Shown here one piece after another: positions 37,039-46,870 of a stretch of 64,000 nt of DNA. The stretch covers positions 18,990 through 82,989 of the forward strand of contig CAWBCI010000042.1 of the NCBI GenBank assembly GCA_963787195.1, written 5' to 3'. This stretch comes from an uncultured Bacteroidales bacterium (GTDB lineage: Bacteria > Bacteroidota > Bacteroidia > Bacteroidales > JAGOPY01). The notes under the pieces are model-generated. The model worked only from the letters and a program-made list of their open reading frames with translations. It ran no database searches and had not been told where the DNA came from. Numbering within the stretch: position 1 is the first letter of the stretch; each line of letters opens with the position of its first letter. The position numbers were made by a program, and so were the translations under genes.

Positions 37039-39790
37039 CCCACTTCCGGATGTAACTGCCAACCCTGCCTCTCAGGATGTCTGTCACAATTTTGCAACGG
37101 CAAGCATTATCTTTAGCAGCGGTGTAACCGGGACAGTTTTCAACTGGACCAATGATACTCCGTCAATTGGACTGGCAGCCAGCGGAAGCGGCAATATATC
37201 TTCATTTACAGCCCTTAATCCTGGAACTCTGCCTGTTACTGCAACCATTACTGTTGTGCCAACTGCCAATGGCTGTGTGGGAGCTTCCATAGAAATTACC
37301 ATCACAGTCAACCCCATCCCTACCCTTACAAGTAGTCTTGATCCACAATCCATTTGCAGCGGCGTTCCATTTTTCTATCATCCAACAAGCAGTACACCCG
37401 GTACTATATTCACATGGACAAGGGCATTCGTACCTAATATAACTCCAGCTACAGGATCCGGCACAGATGATATCAGTGAGACCCTGACCAATTCGGCGAC
37501 AGGGCCAAGAACGGTAAATTATTTGATTTATTTAAGCGCAAACGGATGTGCAAACCCCACTCCCTATACGCTTGTACTGGTTGTCAATCCCATACCCAAT
37601 TTCACCAGCAGTTTGTCCCCTCCTCCCATATGTAGCGGCAGTGCTTTCAGTTATACGCCTTCAAGCAGTGTTAGTGGGGCGACCTTTAACTGGAGCAGGG
37701 CTGCTGTCGCGGGTATAACTGAACCTGCTAATTCAGGAACGGGCAATCCAAATGAGGTATTGACCAACACAACGGCCTTACCAATTACTGTAATCTATGC
37801 CTACACTGTTTCATACGCCGGATGCACAAATCCAAGCACATACAATGTGCAGGTCATTGTAAAACCCATACCAGAGCTCACAAGTATCCTAAATCCCCCG
37901 GGAATTTGCAGTGGCAATGTTTTTAGCTACATCCCGACAAGCAATACCCCGGGAACCATTTTTAGCTGGAGCCGTGCGGCAGTTATAGGAATCCAGGAAG
38001 CAGGAACGACAGGAACTGGTAATCCAAATGAAATACTTACAAACACCACAGCTAATTCAATCACTGTAATTTATGTTTACACCTTAAGTGCTGCAGGATG
38101 TTCAAATCCGGATACTTACGAAGTTTTAGTAGATGTAAATCCAATGCCTGTTTTGACAAGCAGTCAGACCCCTCCGGCTATCTGTAGCGGGACCACATTC
38201 TTTTACGAACCGCTGAGCAATGTTACAGGCACCACTTTTGAATGGAGCCGTGCGTCTATTGGAGGTATTTTGCCGATAGGAACGACCGGAACAGGTAATC
38301 CTAATGAAGTACTGACAAATACCACCGCATTCCCCATATCCGTAAGATATGTCTATACTCTCACCGCCGGTAGTTGCCAGAATCCTACGCCATTTAACGT
38401 GGATGTAATTGTGAACCCCAGTCCTGTGCTGTCCAGCAGTCTGAATCCACCGGCAATATGCAGCGGCACCGAATTCAGTTATAATCCGACCAGCAATACT
38501 ATTGGTACAACGTTTCAATGGAGCAGGGCATTAGTGGCAGGGATCAGTAATCCGGCTAATACTGGTATAGATAATCCCAATGAAACCCTTATAAATACTA
38601 CCAATGTTACAGTCAACGTGACTTATGAGTACACACTGACTGCAAATGGCTGTGCAAATACCCAATATGTAATTGTAGGTGTAAAACCAAATCCAACTGT
38701 AAATCCTGTCGCTAATAAAACATATTGCGATGGTGAAGCTGTTCCGGTTACCGTGCTGACAGGGCCTGTGAGCGGAACTACATTTAGCTGGACCAATGAC
38801 AATACTGCCATTGGTTTAGGTGCGAGCGGAACAGGCAATATTCCCGCTTTCACAGCCACGAATCCTGGGAATGCTTCAATCATTGCCAATATTACCATTA
38901 CGCCTGCTGCCAATGGATGTAATGGCACCCTTTATACCTATACCATCACCATAAATCCTTCACCGGTTCTTACAAGTACTCAGACACCTGATCCCATATG
39001 TAGTGGCACTGAATTTAGTTATGATCCGACCAGCAATGTAGGAGGTACCACATTTGCCTGGAGCCGGGCGGCTGTAGCGGGTATATCCAATCCGGCTGCT
39101 TCCGGTTCAGGAAATCCGCTTGAGGTTTTGAATAATATCACGTCACTTCCTGTAAATGTGACTTATATATACACACTTAGCTCAAACGGATGTACAAACC
39201 CATCCACTTATGCCGTGGTGGTGACTGTGAATCCTATTCCAACTCTAAGCAGCACATTAAGTCCACAGCCAATATGCAGCAATACAACATTTTCATATAC
39301 CCCCACAAGTGGAACACCGGGAACTGCATTCAACTGGAACAGGCCGGCAGTGGTGGGAATAAGCAATCTGACAGGTTCAGGAACCGGTAATCCCAATGAG
39401 GTCCTGATCAATACAACAACCTCGTCGGTGAGTGTAACTTATATCTATACTTTGACAGCAAATGGCTGTTCCAATGTCCAGAATGTAAACGTCATTGTTA
39501 AACCTTCACCGACTGTTGATCCTGTTGACAACCAGGAATACTGCAATGGAGAAGCAGTCCCGGAAACGGTGCTGAGCGGCCCGGTTTCAGGAACAACTTT
39601 TTCATGGACCAATAACAACACTGCTATAGGATTAGGGCCAAGCGGAACTGGTAATGTACCGGCTTTTACAGCTACAAATGTCAGTCCCCTCCTAATCGTG
39701 GCTACCATAACCATTACTCCCACAGCCAGCCAATTGCTCAGGCACTCCGGTCACATATACTATAACAGTTTATCCCTCTGCTACAGTTAA
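36917..39790 (+). CDS. Giant surface adhesin, segment 2 (about 10 PKD-like ~90-aa modules)
   Basis: Continues segment 1 in frame 2 (..DDNGCTGSDVITVTVNPLPDV..). Repeated ..ICSG..F.Y.PTS...GT.F.WSRAAV.GI....GTGNPNE.L.NTT....V.Y.YTL.A.GC.N... units. Frame lost at about 39728. Confidence 0.75.
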   Translation: MQRILLIRYSAGLLQELTILPISLPMMNGCTGSDVITVTVNPLPDVTANPASQDVCHNFATASIIFSSGVTGTVFNWTNDTPSIGLAASGSGNISSFTALNPGTLPVTATITVVPTANGCVGASIEITITVNPIPTLTSSLDPQSICSGVPFFYHPTSSTPGTIFTWTRAFVPNITPATGSGTDDISETLTNSATGPRTVNYLIYLSANGCANPTPYTLVLVVNPIPNFTSSLSPPPICSGSAFSYTPSSSVSGATFNWSRAAVAGITEPANSGTGNPNEVLTNTTALPITVIYAYTVSYAGCTNPSTYNVQVIVKPIPELTSILNPPGICSGNVFSYIPTSNTPGTIFSWSRAAVIGIQEAGTTGTGNPNEILTNTTANSITVIYVYTLSAAGCSNPDTYEVLVDVNPMPVLTSSQTPPAICSGTTFFYEPLSNVTGTTFEWSRASIGGILPIGTTGTGNPNEVLTNTTAFPISVRYVYTLTAGSCQNPTPFNVDVIVNPSPVLSSSLNPPAICSGTEFSYNPTSNTIGTTFQWSRALVAGISNPANTGIDNPNETLINTTNVTVNVTYEYTLTANGCANTQYVIVGVKPNPTVNPVANKTYCDGEAVPVTVLTGPVSGTTFSWTNDNTAIGLGASGTGNIPAFTATNPGNASIIANITITPAANGCNGTLYTYTITINPSPVLTSTQTPDPICSGTEFSYDPTSNVGGTTFAWSRAAVAGISNPAASGSGNPLEVLNNITSLPVNVTYIYTLSSNGCTNPSTYAVVVTVNPIPTLSSTLSPQPICSNTTFSYTPTSGTPGTAFNWNRPAVVGISNLTGSGTGNPNEVLINTTTSSVSVTYIYTLTANGCSNVQNVNVIVKPSPTVDPVDNQEYCNGEAVPETVLSGPVSGTTFSWTNNNTAIGLGPSGTGNVPAFTATNVSPLLIVATITITPTASQLLRHSGHIYYNSLSLCYS

Positions 39791-39806
39791 TCCTATAGCC
39801 AATCAG

Positions 39807-42800
39807 GTGTATTGTAATGGCGATGCTGCCCCGCTGACGCCTGTTTCAGGACCAATTACGGGTACGACATTTACCTGGTCAAACGATAATATCAATATAG
39901 GTTTGCCGGCAAACGGTTCCGGTAATATTCCTGCATTTACTGCCACTAATGGAACTAACGCAGCTATCCTGGCAACCATAACTATAACACCAGCATCTGG
40001 TACTTGCCCCGGTATTCCCTCATCATACACTATCACAGTAAATCCAACACCATCCGTAAATCCGGTTGGGAATCAAACTTATTGCAATGGTGATGCAGTC
40101 ACCGAAACCGCTTTGTCAGGTCCAGTTGCCGGAACGCAGTTTAGCTGGGTGAATGATAATACTGCCATAGGTCTTGGGGCAAGCGGTACAGGTAATATTC
40201 CTGCTTTTACCGCTAGCAACGGCACAACGGATCCCATTTTTGCCACCATAACAATAACACCAACAGCGAACAATTGTACAGGACCCAACACGTCTTTTAC
40301 TATTACGATAAATCCGACGCCTTTACTAAGCAGCACACTGACTCCTCCTGCAGTTTGCAGTGAATCCGAGTTTTCCTATGAACCAACAAGCCTTACGACC
40401 GGTGTTGTATTTACCTGGAGCCGGGCTGTAGTAACGGGCATAAGTAATCCAGCAGCAAACGGATCGGGCATTATTACAGAATCCCTTATAAATACTACCA
40501 ACAACCCAATTCCTGTCACCTATGAGTATACACTTACTGCCAATGGCTGTACAAATACACAGGAAGTGGTAGTGGTAGTCGGACCTATACCCACCATGAC
40601 AAGTGATCCTCCATCCCCGACCATATGCAGTAACACATTGTTTTCATATTCACCTTCAGGACCGGTTGCCGGAACCAGTTTTGACTGGACGAGGGCAGCT
40701 GTAGCCGGTATATCAAACCCGGCTGCATCCGGTAGCGGAGATATCAATGAAACCCTTATCAACACAAGTGCAATTCCCGTTGCCGTTACTTACGCCTTTA
40801 TATTATCAACGCCTGAATGTATAAACCCGGATACTGTGAACATAGTAGTTGTTGTGATACCTTCACCAGAGGTAACTGCCACAGCATCGGATGCACAGAT
40901 TTGTCCCGGAGATCCTTTCGACTTATATTCAAGCTCTAATATTGGTACATCTCTTCCACAGGAATTATTTTCTGAGGGTTTTAATGGGTTAACAAACAAC
41001 TGGACAACAATAAACAATTCTACGGGTGGCAATCCGGGTGATGCAGCATGGAAGCTCCGGCCCGATGGTTATTACTTTCCCCCTACTTTCCATTCCAATG
41101 ATAACAGCCAGTTTTACTTATCCAATAGCAGGGACCAGGGCTATGGCAGTACAACCGAAACTTATCTGATATCTCCGGCAATAAACACTGTTGGATATAC
41201 TACTCTACAACTTGATTTCTACCAATATTATCGTGATAACTATTCTTCCTATGCAAGGGTCGAAGTGTCGACCAACGGATTTTCCTGGTCAACTCTTGTC
41301 ACCTATACCAGCCGTGGAAGTTCAGCAGATTTTCGGCACGAAACGATCAATTTAAACGGATTTATTAATAATCCGGCATTATACATCCGATTCCATTATC
41401 ATGCAACATATGATTATTACTGGGCCATTGATAATGTGAGCATCACAGGTACTTCTCCTTCTCCGGCATGTACATGGACTTCAATCCCTCCGGGATTTAC
41501 CTCTACCGAAAATAATCCTACAGGGGTTACTCAAACCGTAACCACATCCTATATTGCAACTTATGTCGATACCGAAACGAATTGTCCCGGGAGTGATACG
41601 GTGACAGTAGAAGTGATGCCGGTAGCAGATGCGCATATAGATGCTGATTATTGCTCGATTCAGGGTAAAATTTTACTGACAGCATACCCCAGCGGTTGCA
41701 CTTATCTTTGGAACACAGGAGAATCGGGTCAAGCCATTGAGGTTGATGAAGTGGGTATTTACAGCGTAACCGTTACGAATGCATTTGGCTGTTCAGCTAC
41801 TGCCTATGTTACTGTTGCCAATGAACTGGTTACGGACGGTGATTTTACAAATTTCGATCCTCTTAATACAAGTTTCTTTACGGAATATGGGCAACATCAA
41901 GCATACTGGAATGAACCCCCGCCTCCGACATTTTATAATACGGGTTTAGGGCCAGAGGGACTTTATGCTGTTAATCTCAGTGCATGGACAGATTATCCTT
42001 ACCCACCTGATGGATATCACACGAATTTCCATGGAAGGGACCATACCAATAATACGGTTGGTCCAAGGAATTTCATGATGATCAATGGGGATACCCAACC
42101 AATTTGGGATCCAATAACTGGAACTACGAGACAAAGAATTATCTGGCAGCAGACAATCCCTGTAACGCCTAACACAGATTACTATTTCAGTGCCTGGGGC
42201 ATGAACCTTAATCCTGTTTCCCCTGCCATATTACAATTTGAAATTAATGGTGTTTTAGTTGGATCGGTGGCTAATTTGGACTTTGCCCAAAAGCCAACCT
42301 CAGAATCCCAGATAAGCCTGCAGAATTGGGTCCGTTTTTATAGTACTCCTTTTTGGAATTCCGGTGCAGCCACGACCGCTGTTATCAGGATAAGGGACCT
42401 TAATACAATTGCAGGCGGTAACGATTTTGGATTGGATGATATATCTTTTGGAACTTTGTCCCCGGTTCCTATGATAACCAATCCCCAGGCCAATGGGGGC
42501 TTTGATCTATGTGAGGGTGATACACTGTTTCTCACTGCCAATATAGTTGGAGGTTTGGAACCCATTGAATATGTGTGGACCGGTCCCAATGGATTCTATT
42601 CCGAAGATCCAAACCCCGTTATCCCCAATGCTTCTCTGTCGGCCGATGGTTGGTACTATCTCACGGTTACAGATGGTTATGGATGCCCCCCTATTGAGGA
42701 TAGTGCACATTTGAACATGATTCCTTCACCCAACGCCAGTATCAGTCCATCAGACACTGTATGCCTTAATGATCCTGAACCTTTGGTCATATTTACGGCA

Positions 42801-43427
42801 TCAGATGGATCAGCGCCTTATACTTTCTCTTATACTTTAAATGGAGGGCCGGTACAAACTATTCTGTCAGCAGGAAATACTGCCACCCTCAATGCCCCTA
42901 CAAATACATCAGGAATTTATGTGTACGTATTGACCGGTGTTTCCGATGAAAATTCTTGTGACAGGGTAGAAAATGATACCTGTATTATAACAGTTGGCGA
43001 TCTGCCCGGAAATCAGATCAGCGGCACTTCTCTTATGTGCCCGAATGACACTGCAATTTATAGCGGCCCCATAGGCTTGAGTAGCTATTTATGGATTGTA
43101 AGCGGTAATGGCAGCATCCTTGGCTCAAATACTGAAGATACTGTGACAGTAATATCCGGCTCCGATTGCAACACTACCTTTACGATCAACCTCAGCGTTA
43201 GCAACGATTTCGGATGTGACTCCACTGCCAGCATGGTGGTGTCGGTCCAGGATATTATAGCTCCTGACTGGACAACAGTGGCCGGAAGCCTGGATACCAC
43301 GCTGGAATGTTCGGATATTAGCGGCCTGGCAAATGCACAAAGTCTTACTCCTTCAGCAACCGATAATTGTACCTCTTTACTGGTCCCGGTAAAAACTACA
43401 GGTTCCTTTAATAGCGTACGGATGTGA
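39807..43427 (+). CDS. Giant surface adhesin, segment 3 (PKD-like modules, MAM/choice-of-anchor-J-like jelly roll, further Ig-like domains)
   Basis: Frame 0 is open from about 39730. The jelly-roll-like region spans about 40950-41450 (FSEGFNG..WTT.N...GG...AW......YARVEVSTNG.SW..L....). It ends at an in-frame TGA (43425) that sits between two compensating indels; the same frame continues to 43630. Confidence 0.75.
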   Translation: MYCNGDAAPLTPVSGPITGTTFTWSNDNINIGLPANGSGNIPAFTATNGTNAAILATITITPASGTCPGIPSSYTITVNPTPSVNPVGNQTYCNGDAVTETALSGPVAGTQFSWVNDNTAIGLGASGTGNIPAFTASNGTTDPIFATITITPTANNCTGPNTSFTITINPTPLLSSTLTPPAVCSESEFSYEPTSLTTGVVFTWSRAVVTGISNPAANGSGIITESLINTTNNPIPVTYEYTLTANGCTNTQEVVVVVGPIPTMTSDPPSPTICSNTLFSYSPSGPVAGTSFDWTRAAVAGISNPAASGSGDINETLINTSAIPVAVTYAFILSTPECINPDTVNIVVVVIPSPEVTATASDAQICPGDPFDLYSSSNIGTSLPQELFSEGFNGLTNNWTTINNSTGGNPGDAAWKLRPDGYYFPPTFHSNDNSQFYLSNSRDQGYGSTTETYLISPAINTVGYTTLQLDFYQYYRDNYSSYARVEVSTNGFSWSTLVTYTSRGSSADFRHETINLNGFINNPALYIRFHYHATYDYYWAIDNVSITGTSPSPACTWTSIPPGFTSTENNPTGVTQTVTTSYIATYVDTETNCPGSDTVTVEVMPVADAHIDADYCSIQGKILLTAYPSGCTYLWNTGESGQAIEVDEVGIYSVTVTNAFGCSATAYVTVANELVTDGDFTNFDPLNTSFFTEYGQHQAYWNEPPPPTFYNTGLGPEGLYAVNLSAWTDYPYPPDGYHTNFHGRDHTNNTVGPRNFMMINGDTQPIWDPITGTTRQRIIWQQTIPVTPNTDYYFSAWGMNLNPVSPAILQFEINGVLVGSVANLDFAQKPTSESQISLQNWVRFYSTPFWNSGAATTAVIRIRDLNTIAGGNDFGLDDISFGTLSPVPMITNPQANGGFDLCEGDTLFLTANIVGGLEPIEYVWTGPNGFYSEDPNPVIPNASLSADGWYYLTVTDGYGCPPIEDSAHLNMIPSPNASISPSDTVCLNDPEPLVIFTASDGSAPYTFSYTLNGGPVQTILSAGNTATLNAPTNTSGIYVYVLTGVSDENSCDRVENDTCIITVGDLPGNQISGTSLMCPNDTAIYSGPIGLSSYLWIVSGNGSILGSNTEDTVTVISGSDCNTTFTINLSVSNDFGCDSTASMVVSVQDIIAPDWTTVAGSLDTTLECSDISGLANAQSLTPSATDNCTSLLVPVKTTGSFNSVRM

Positions 43428-43560
43428 AATGAAGGAACCTATACCAATACCTGGACCGTTACTGATGACTGCGGTAATATCGTTGCCACGCCATTCACTC
43501 AAACAATCACCATTATTGATACTATTGCCCCGGTATGGACTACGCCAATCGGTTCACTAG

Positions 43561-44226
43561 ATGTTACCCTTGAATGCAGCGATATCTCCGGCCTTGCTGC
43601 AGCACAGGCAATGTTGCCTCTCGGCAAGTGATAATTGTGATCCTTCCCTTACTGCTGTTAAAACAGCAGGTGATTTCATAGCCGACACATGCGCAAACTC
43701 AGGTTCCTATACGAATACTTTCAGCGTTACGGATGATTGCGGTAACATCAGTATTGAATTCACACAAATCATCCATATTGCTGATCGTACAAATCCCATC
43801 ATTACATGTCCGATCAACATAGGTATTGATTGTGATGAGTCTATTGATCCGACAAACACAGGAACTGCCACTGCTACGGATAACTGCGATTCTGCCCCCT
43901 TAATTGAGTATGCTGATGACACTATTGCCGGGGGAGAGTGTTTACAGGCATTTACAATAGAACGTACCTGGACTGCCACCGACGCCTGTGGAAATTCCAG
44001 TTCATGTGTGCAACTTATTTCACTGCAGGATATTTCGCCACCTGTACTCATTGGGGTTCCCGGGGATACCATCGTTTCCTGCGATGAAATTCCGCTGCCT
44101 CCAACCGTAACAGCTACTGATAATTGCGATCCGACCGTAACAGTCACATTTACAGAAATCAATGATGTTTTAAATGGTTGCGGAAGCTATTACCCGCACC
44201 TGGAGCTCTGTCGACGATTGCAATAA
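43561..44226 (+). CDS. Giant surface adhesin, segment 4 (HYR-like modules)
   Basis: ..ASDNCDPSLTAVKTAGDF...TNTFSVTDDCGN.. and ..TATDNCD.. modules. Entered by a +1 shift at about 43623 and left by a shift at about 44182. Confidence 0.7.
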   Translation: MLPLNAAISPALLQHRQCCLSASDNCDPSLTAVKTAGDFIADTCANSGSYTNTFSVTDDCGNISIEFTQIIHIADRTNPIITCPINIGIDCDESIDPTNTGTATATDNCDSAPLIEYADDTIAGGECLQAFTIERTWTATDACGNSSSCVQLISLQDISPPVLIGVPGDTIVSCDEIPLPPTVTATDNCDPTVTVTFTEINDVLNGCGSYYPHLELCRRLQ

Positions 44227-46600
44227 TGCGGTCACGGCCAGCCAGGTCATTGACGTTATTGACGTGATTGACCCTGTTTTGCACGGTGTTCCCAATGATA
44301 CAACCATATCATGTGAAAGCATTCCCACTATTCCTGTTGTTACTGTAACTGACAATTGCGATCCCACAGTTATTGTAAGTTTCGACGAAAGCTTCAATTC
44401 AGTTGAAGACGGTTGCGGGGAGATCATCCGGACCTGGAGTTCTACGGATTATTGCGGTAATACAGTTGCAGCAACCCAAACCATAACTGTCGAAGATTCT
44501 ACAGCTCCTGTTTGGATTACTTTGACCGGCGCTCTGGATGTAACTCTACAATGTGATGATACAATCGGAGTAGCTATAGCCCAAACTTTTGAACCCCTTG
44601 CAAGTGATAACTGCGATCCGGACCTTAGCCTGGTTAAAATTGCAGGGCCATTTGTTCAGGGTCTTTGTCCTCAGGCAGGAACTTACACCAATACCTGGAC
44701 GGTAACAGATCATTGCGGGAATGTCAGTGATGTTTACACCCAGATAATTACTGTTATTGATGATACAGGCCCTGTATGGGATCAGTCACCAACTTTCCTG
44801 AACCGCAATTTAAGCTGTGATGATATTACTGGTTTGAATGCGGCCTTGGCCCTTGTTCCTACAGCTACTGATAATTGCGGAACGACAGACGTCTTGCTGG
44901 AATCAGATACTACCATCGAAGGTGGCTGCACAGGTAGCTATACCAGGACCAGAATATGGTCGGCCACCGATAACTGTGGCAATATAAATCCAACACCATA
45001 CACCCAGATCATAGTAGTTACCGATAATGCCGGACCCGTTTGGGATCAATTGGCCGGCGAACTTGATGCAAGTGTAGTCTGCGACGACATGACCGGCCTG
45101 AATGCGGCGCTTGCCCTGGAGCCAACGGCAACGGATATATGTGGTTCGGGTATTAGTATCGTACTTCAAAGCGATGAAATTAGCCAGGTAGAATGCCTCG
45201 GAACGTTTACAAGGACCAGGACCTGGTCGGCAGCTGATGATTGCGGAAATATTAACCCCGACGAGTACACACAAAGCATCTCTGTTATAGATACTGTAGC
45301 ACCTGTACTTTACAATATCCCCGACGATTTAGCTATCAGTTGCGAAGATCCTGTACCTGCAGTTCCAGGCGACATCATGGCTTTTGATAATTGCAGCGAT
45401 GATGTTACTGCATTTATTGTATTTACCGAGAGCCCTCTGGATCCTGATCCCAATTGTCCAAATGGAGGAACCATTACCAGGACCTGGACTGTTGACGACG
45501 GCTGTGGAAACATTGCAAGCGCAGTCCGGATCATTACTGTGACCGACGATATTGCGCCACTCATCACCTGCCCCCCGGATTCATTAAACATTATGGCCGA
45601 CCCGGGTGAAACCTTTGCTACTATCTCTGTTATTCCTCCGGTATATTCGGATAACTGCTCGGATATTGCTAATATTTCTATTTCCTGGGAAATGACAGGC
45701 GTTACAACTGGTACAGGCACCGGCATCATTCCTGATCCATATATATTCAATATTGGTACAACCTATATTACTTATACTGTAATTGATGAATGCGGAAATG
45801 AAACCCAGTGCGATTTCATCGTTTCGGTATTGCCAAATGATCCGCCGGAAATCAGCTGTCCCGCGGATATCACACAAAGTACTGATCCCGGCCTGTGTAC
45901 TGCAGAATTAAGTCCAGGCTTCCCGACTTTAATTTCAGGAACGGAACCCATTACTTATACCTGGGAAATGACGGGCGCTACCACAGCTTCGGGTTCCGGT
46001 GCTATTGCTCCTGATCCATACACTTTCAATGCAGGGACAACCACCATCACATGGATAGCCACCAATATAGCAGGGGCCGATACCTGTGATCAGACAATTA
46101 TAGTAACAGATAATGAAGCCCCGACTTTCAGCCTCATTAACACTGCAGCCAGCTATTGTGCAAACAATATATTAAACGCGATTTTCAATCCGAACCCAAC
46201 ACCCGGTATTATTCCGGAATATGATGATTTAACCGTTCCACGGCCTGAATACTACTTATTTAGCGATGGGGATGTAATTTTTGACCTTGATCCGGTTCTG
46301 AACAATTTTAATGATAACTGTTGTGCCGATAATACTTTGATACTTCATTGGAGAATAGATTTTTCCCCAACTCCCAATCCGGCCACAGTTGCTCATGAAC
46401 TCATCACTGATCCACCCATTGGCGATCAGACAGGTCAGCCTTCCGAATATGGTGTCATTCAATTCCCGGCTGATGGAGTTTATTTCAATAATGTAGATCA
46501 CTATTTGTATTACTGGCTGGTCGATTGCAACGGCAATGCCTCAGCGGAGCAAATGGTGACAATAACCATAAAACCCAGACCCGATGTAATTAAACAGTGA
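44174..46600 (+). CDS. Giant surface adhesin, segment 5 (HYR-like modules, unique C-terminal region, no T9SS CTD seen)
   Basis: Repeated D.T.P.W......L.C.D......A....PTATDNCG... and ..RTW.A.D.CGN modules. It ends ..VTITIKPRPDVIKQ with no Por_Secre_tail or type B CTD pattern. Confidence 0.75.
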   Translation: MVAEAITRTWSSVDDCNNAVTASQVIDVIDVIDPVLHGVPNDTTISCESIPTIPVVTVTDNCDPTVIVSFDESFNSVEDGCGEIIRTWSSTDYCGNTVAATQTITVEDSTAPVWITLTGALDVTLQCDDTIGVAIAQTFEPLASDNCDPDLSLVKIAGPFVQGLCPQAGTYTNTWTVTDHCGNVSDVYTQIITVIDDTGPVWDQSPTFLNRNLSCDDITGLNAALALVPTATDNCGTTDVLLESDTTIEGGCTGSYTRTRIWSATDNCGNINPTPYTQIIVVTDNAGPVWDQLAGELDASVVCDDMTGLNAALALEPTATDICGSGISIVLQSDEISQVECLGTFTRTRTWSAADDCGNINPDEYTQSISVIDTVAPVLYNIPDDLAISCEDPVPAVPGDIMAFDNCSDDVTAFIVFTESPLDPDPNCPNGGTITRTWTVDDGCGNIASAVRIITVTDDIAPLITCPPDSLNIMADPGETFATISVIPPVYSDNCSDIANISISWEMTGVTTGTGTGIIPDPYIFNIGTTYITYTVIDECGNETQCDFIVSVLPNDPPEISCPADITQSTDPGLCTAELSPGFPTLISGTEPITYTWEMTGATTASGSGAIAPDPYTFNAGTTTITWIATNIAGADTCDQTIIVTDNEAPTFSLINTAASYCANNILNAIFNPNPTPGIIPEYDDLTVPRPEYYLFSDGDVIFDLDPVLNNFNDNCCADNTLILHWRIDFSPTPNPATVAHELITDPPIGDQTGQPSEYGVIQFPADGVYFNNVDHYLYYWLVDCNGNASAEQMVTITIKPRPDVIKQ

Positions 46601-46870
46601 TAAATCATAATCAGAATAAAATGAAATTCAGATATAAACAAGTATTAACCAAACATGAATGCCTATGGAACAGAACAAAAATTAAAAAGAGTATTAACTA
46701 AAACGAATGCCTATGGAAAAAAAACGGGTTTTTACGGACCCAATTGAATTTAAATTTTAAAAACTACTAGAATGAATATTTTATTAATAATTAAATCAAA
46801 TTTTCAGCCAGGGAAAAATCCCAGGCCAATTAAAAAATCAATTATTCACTTAATTCTAAATTTTACAACT

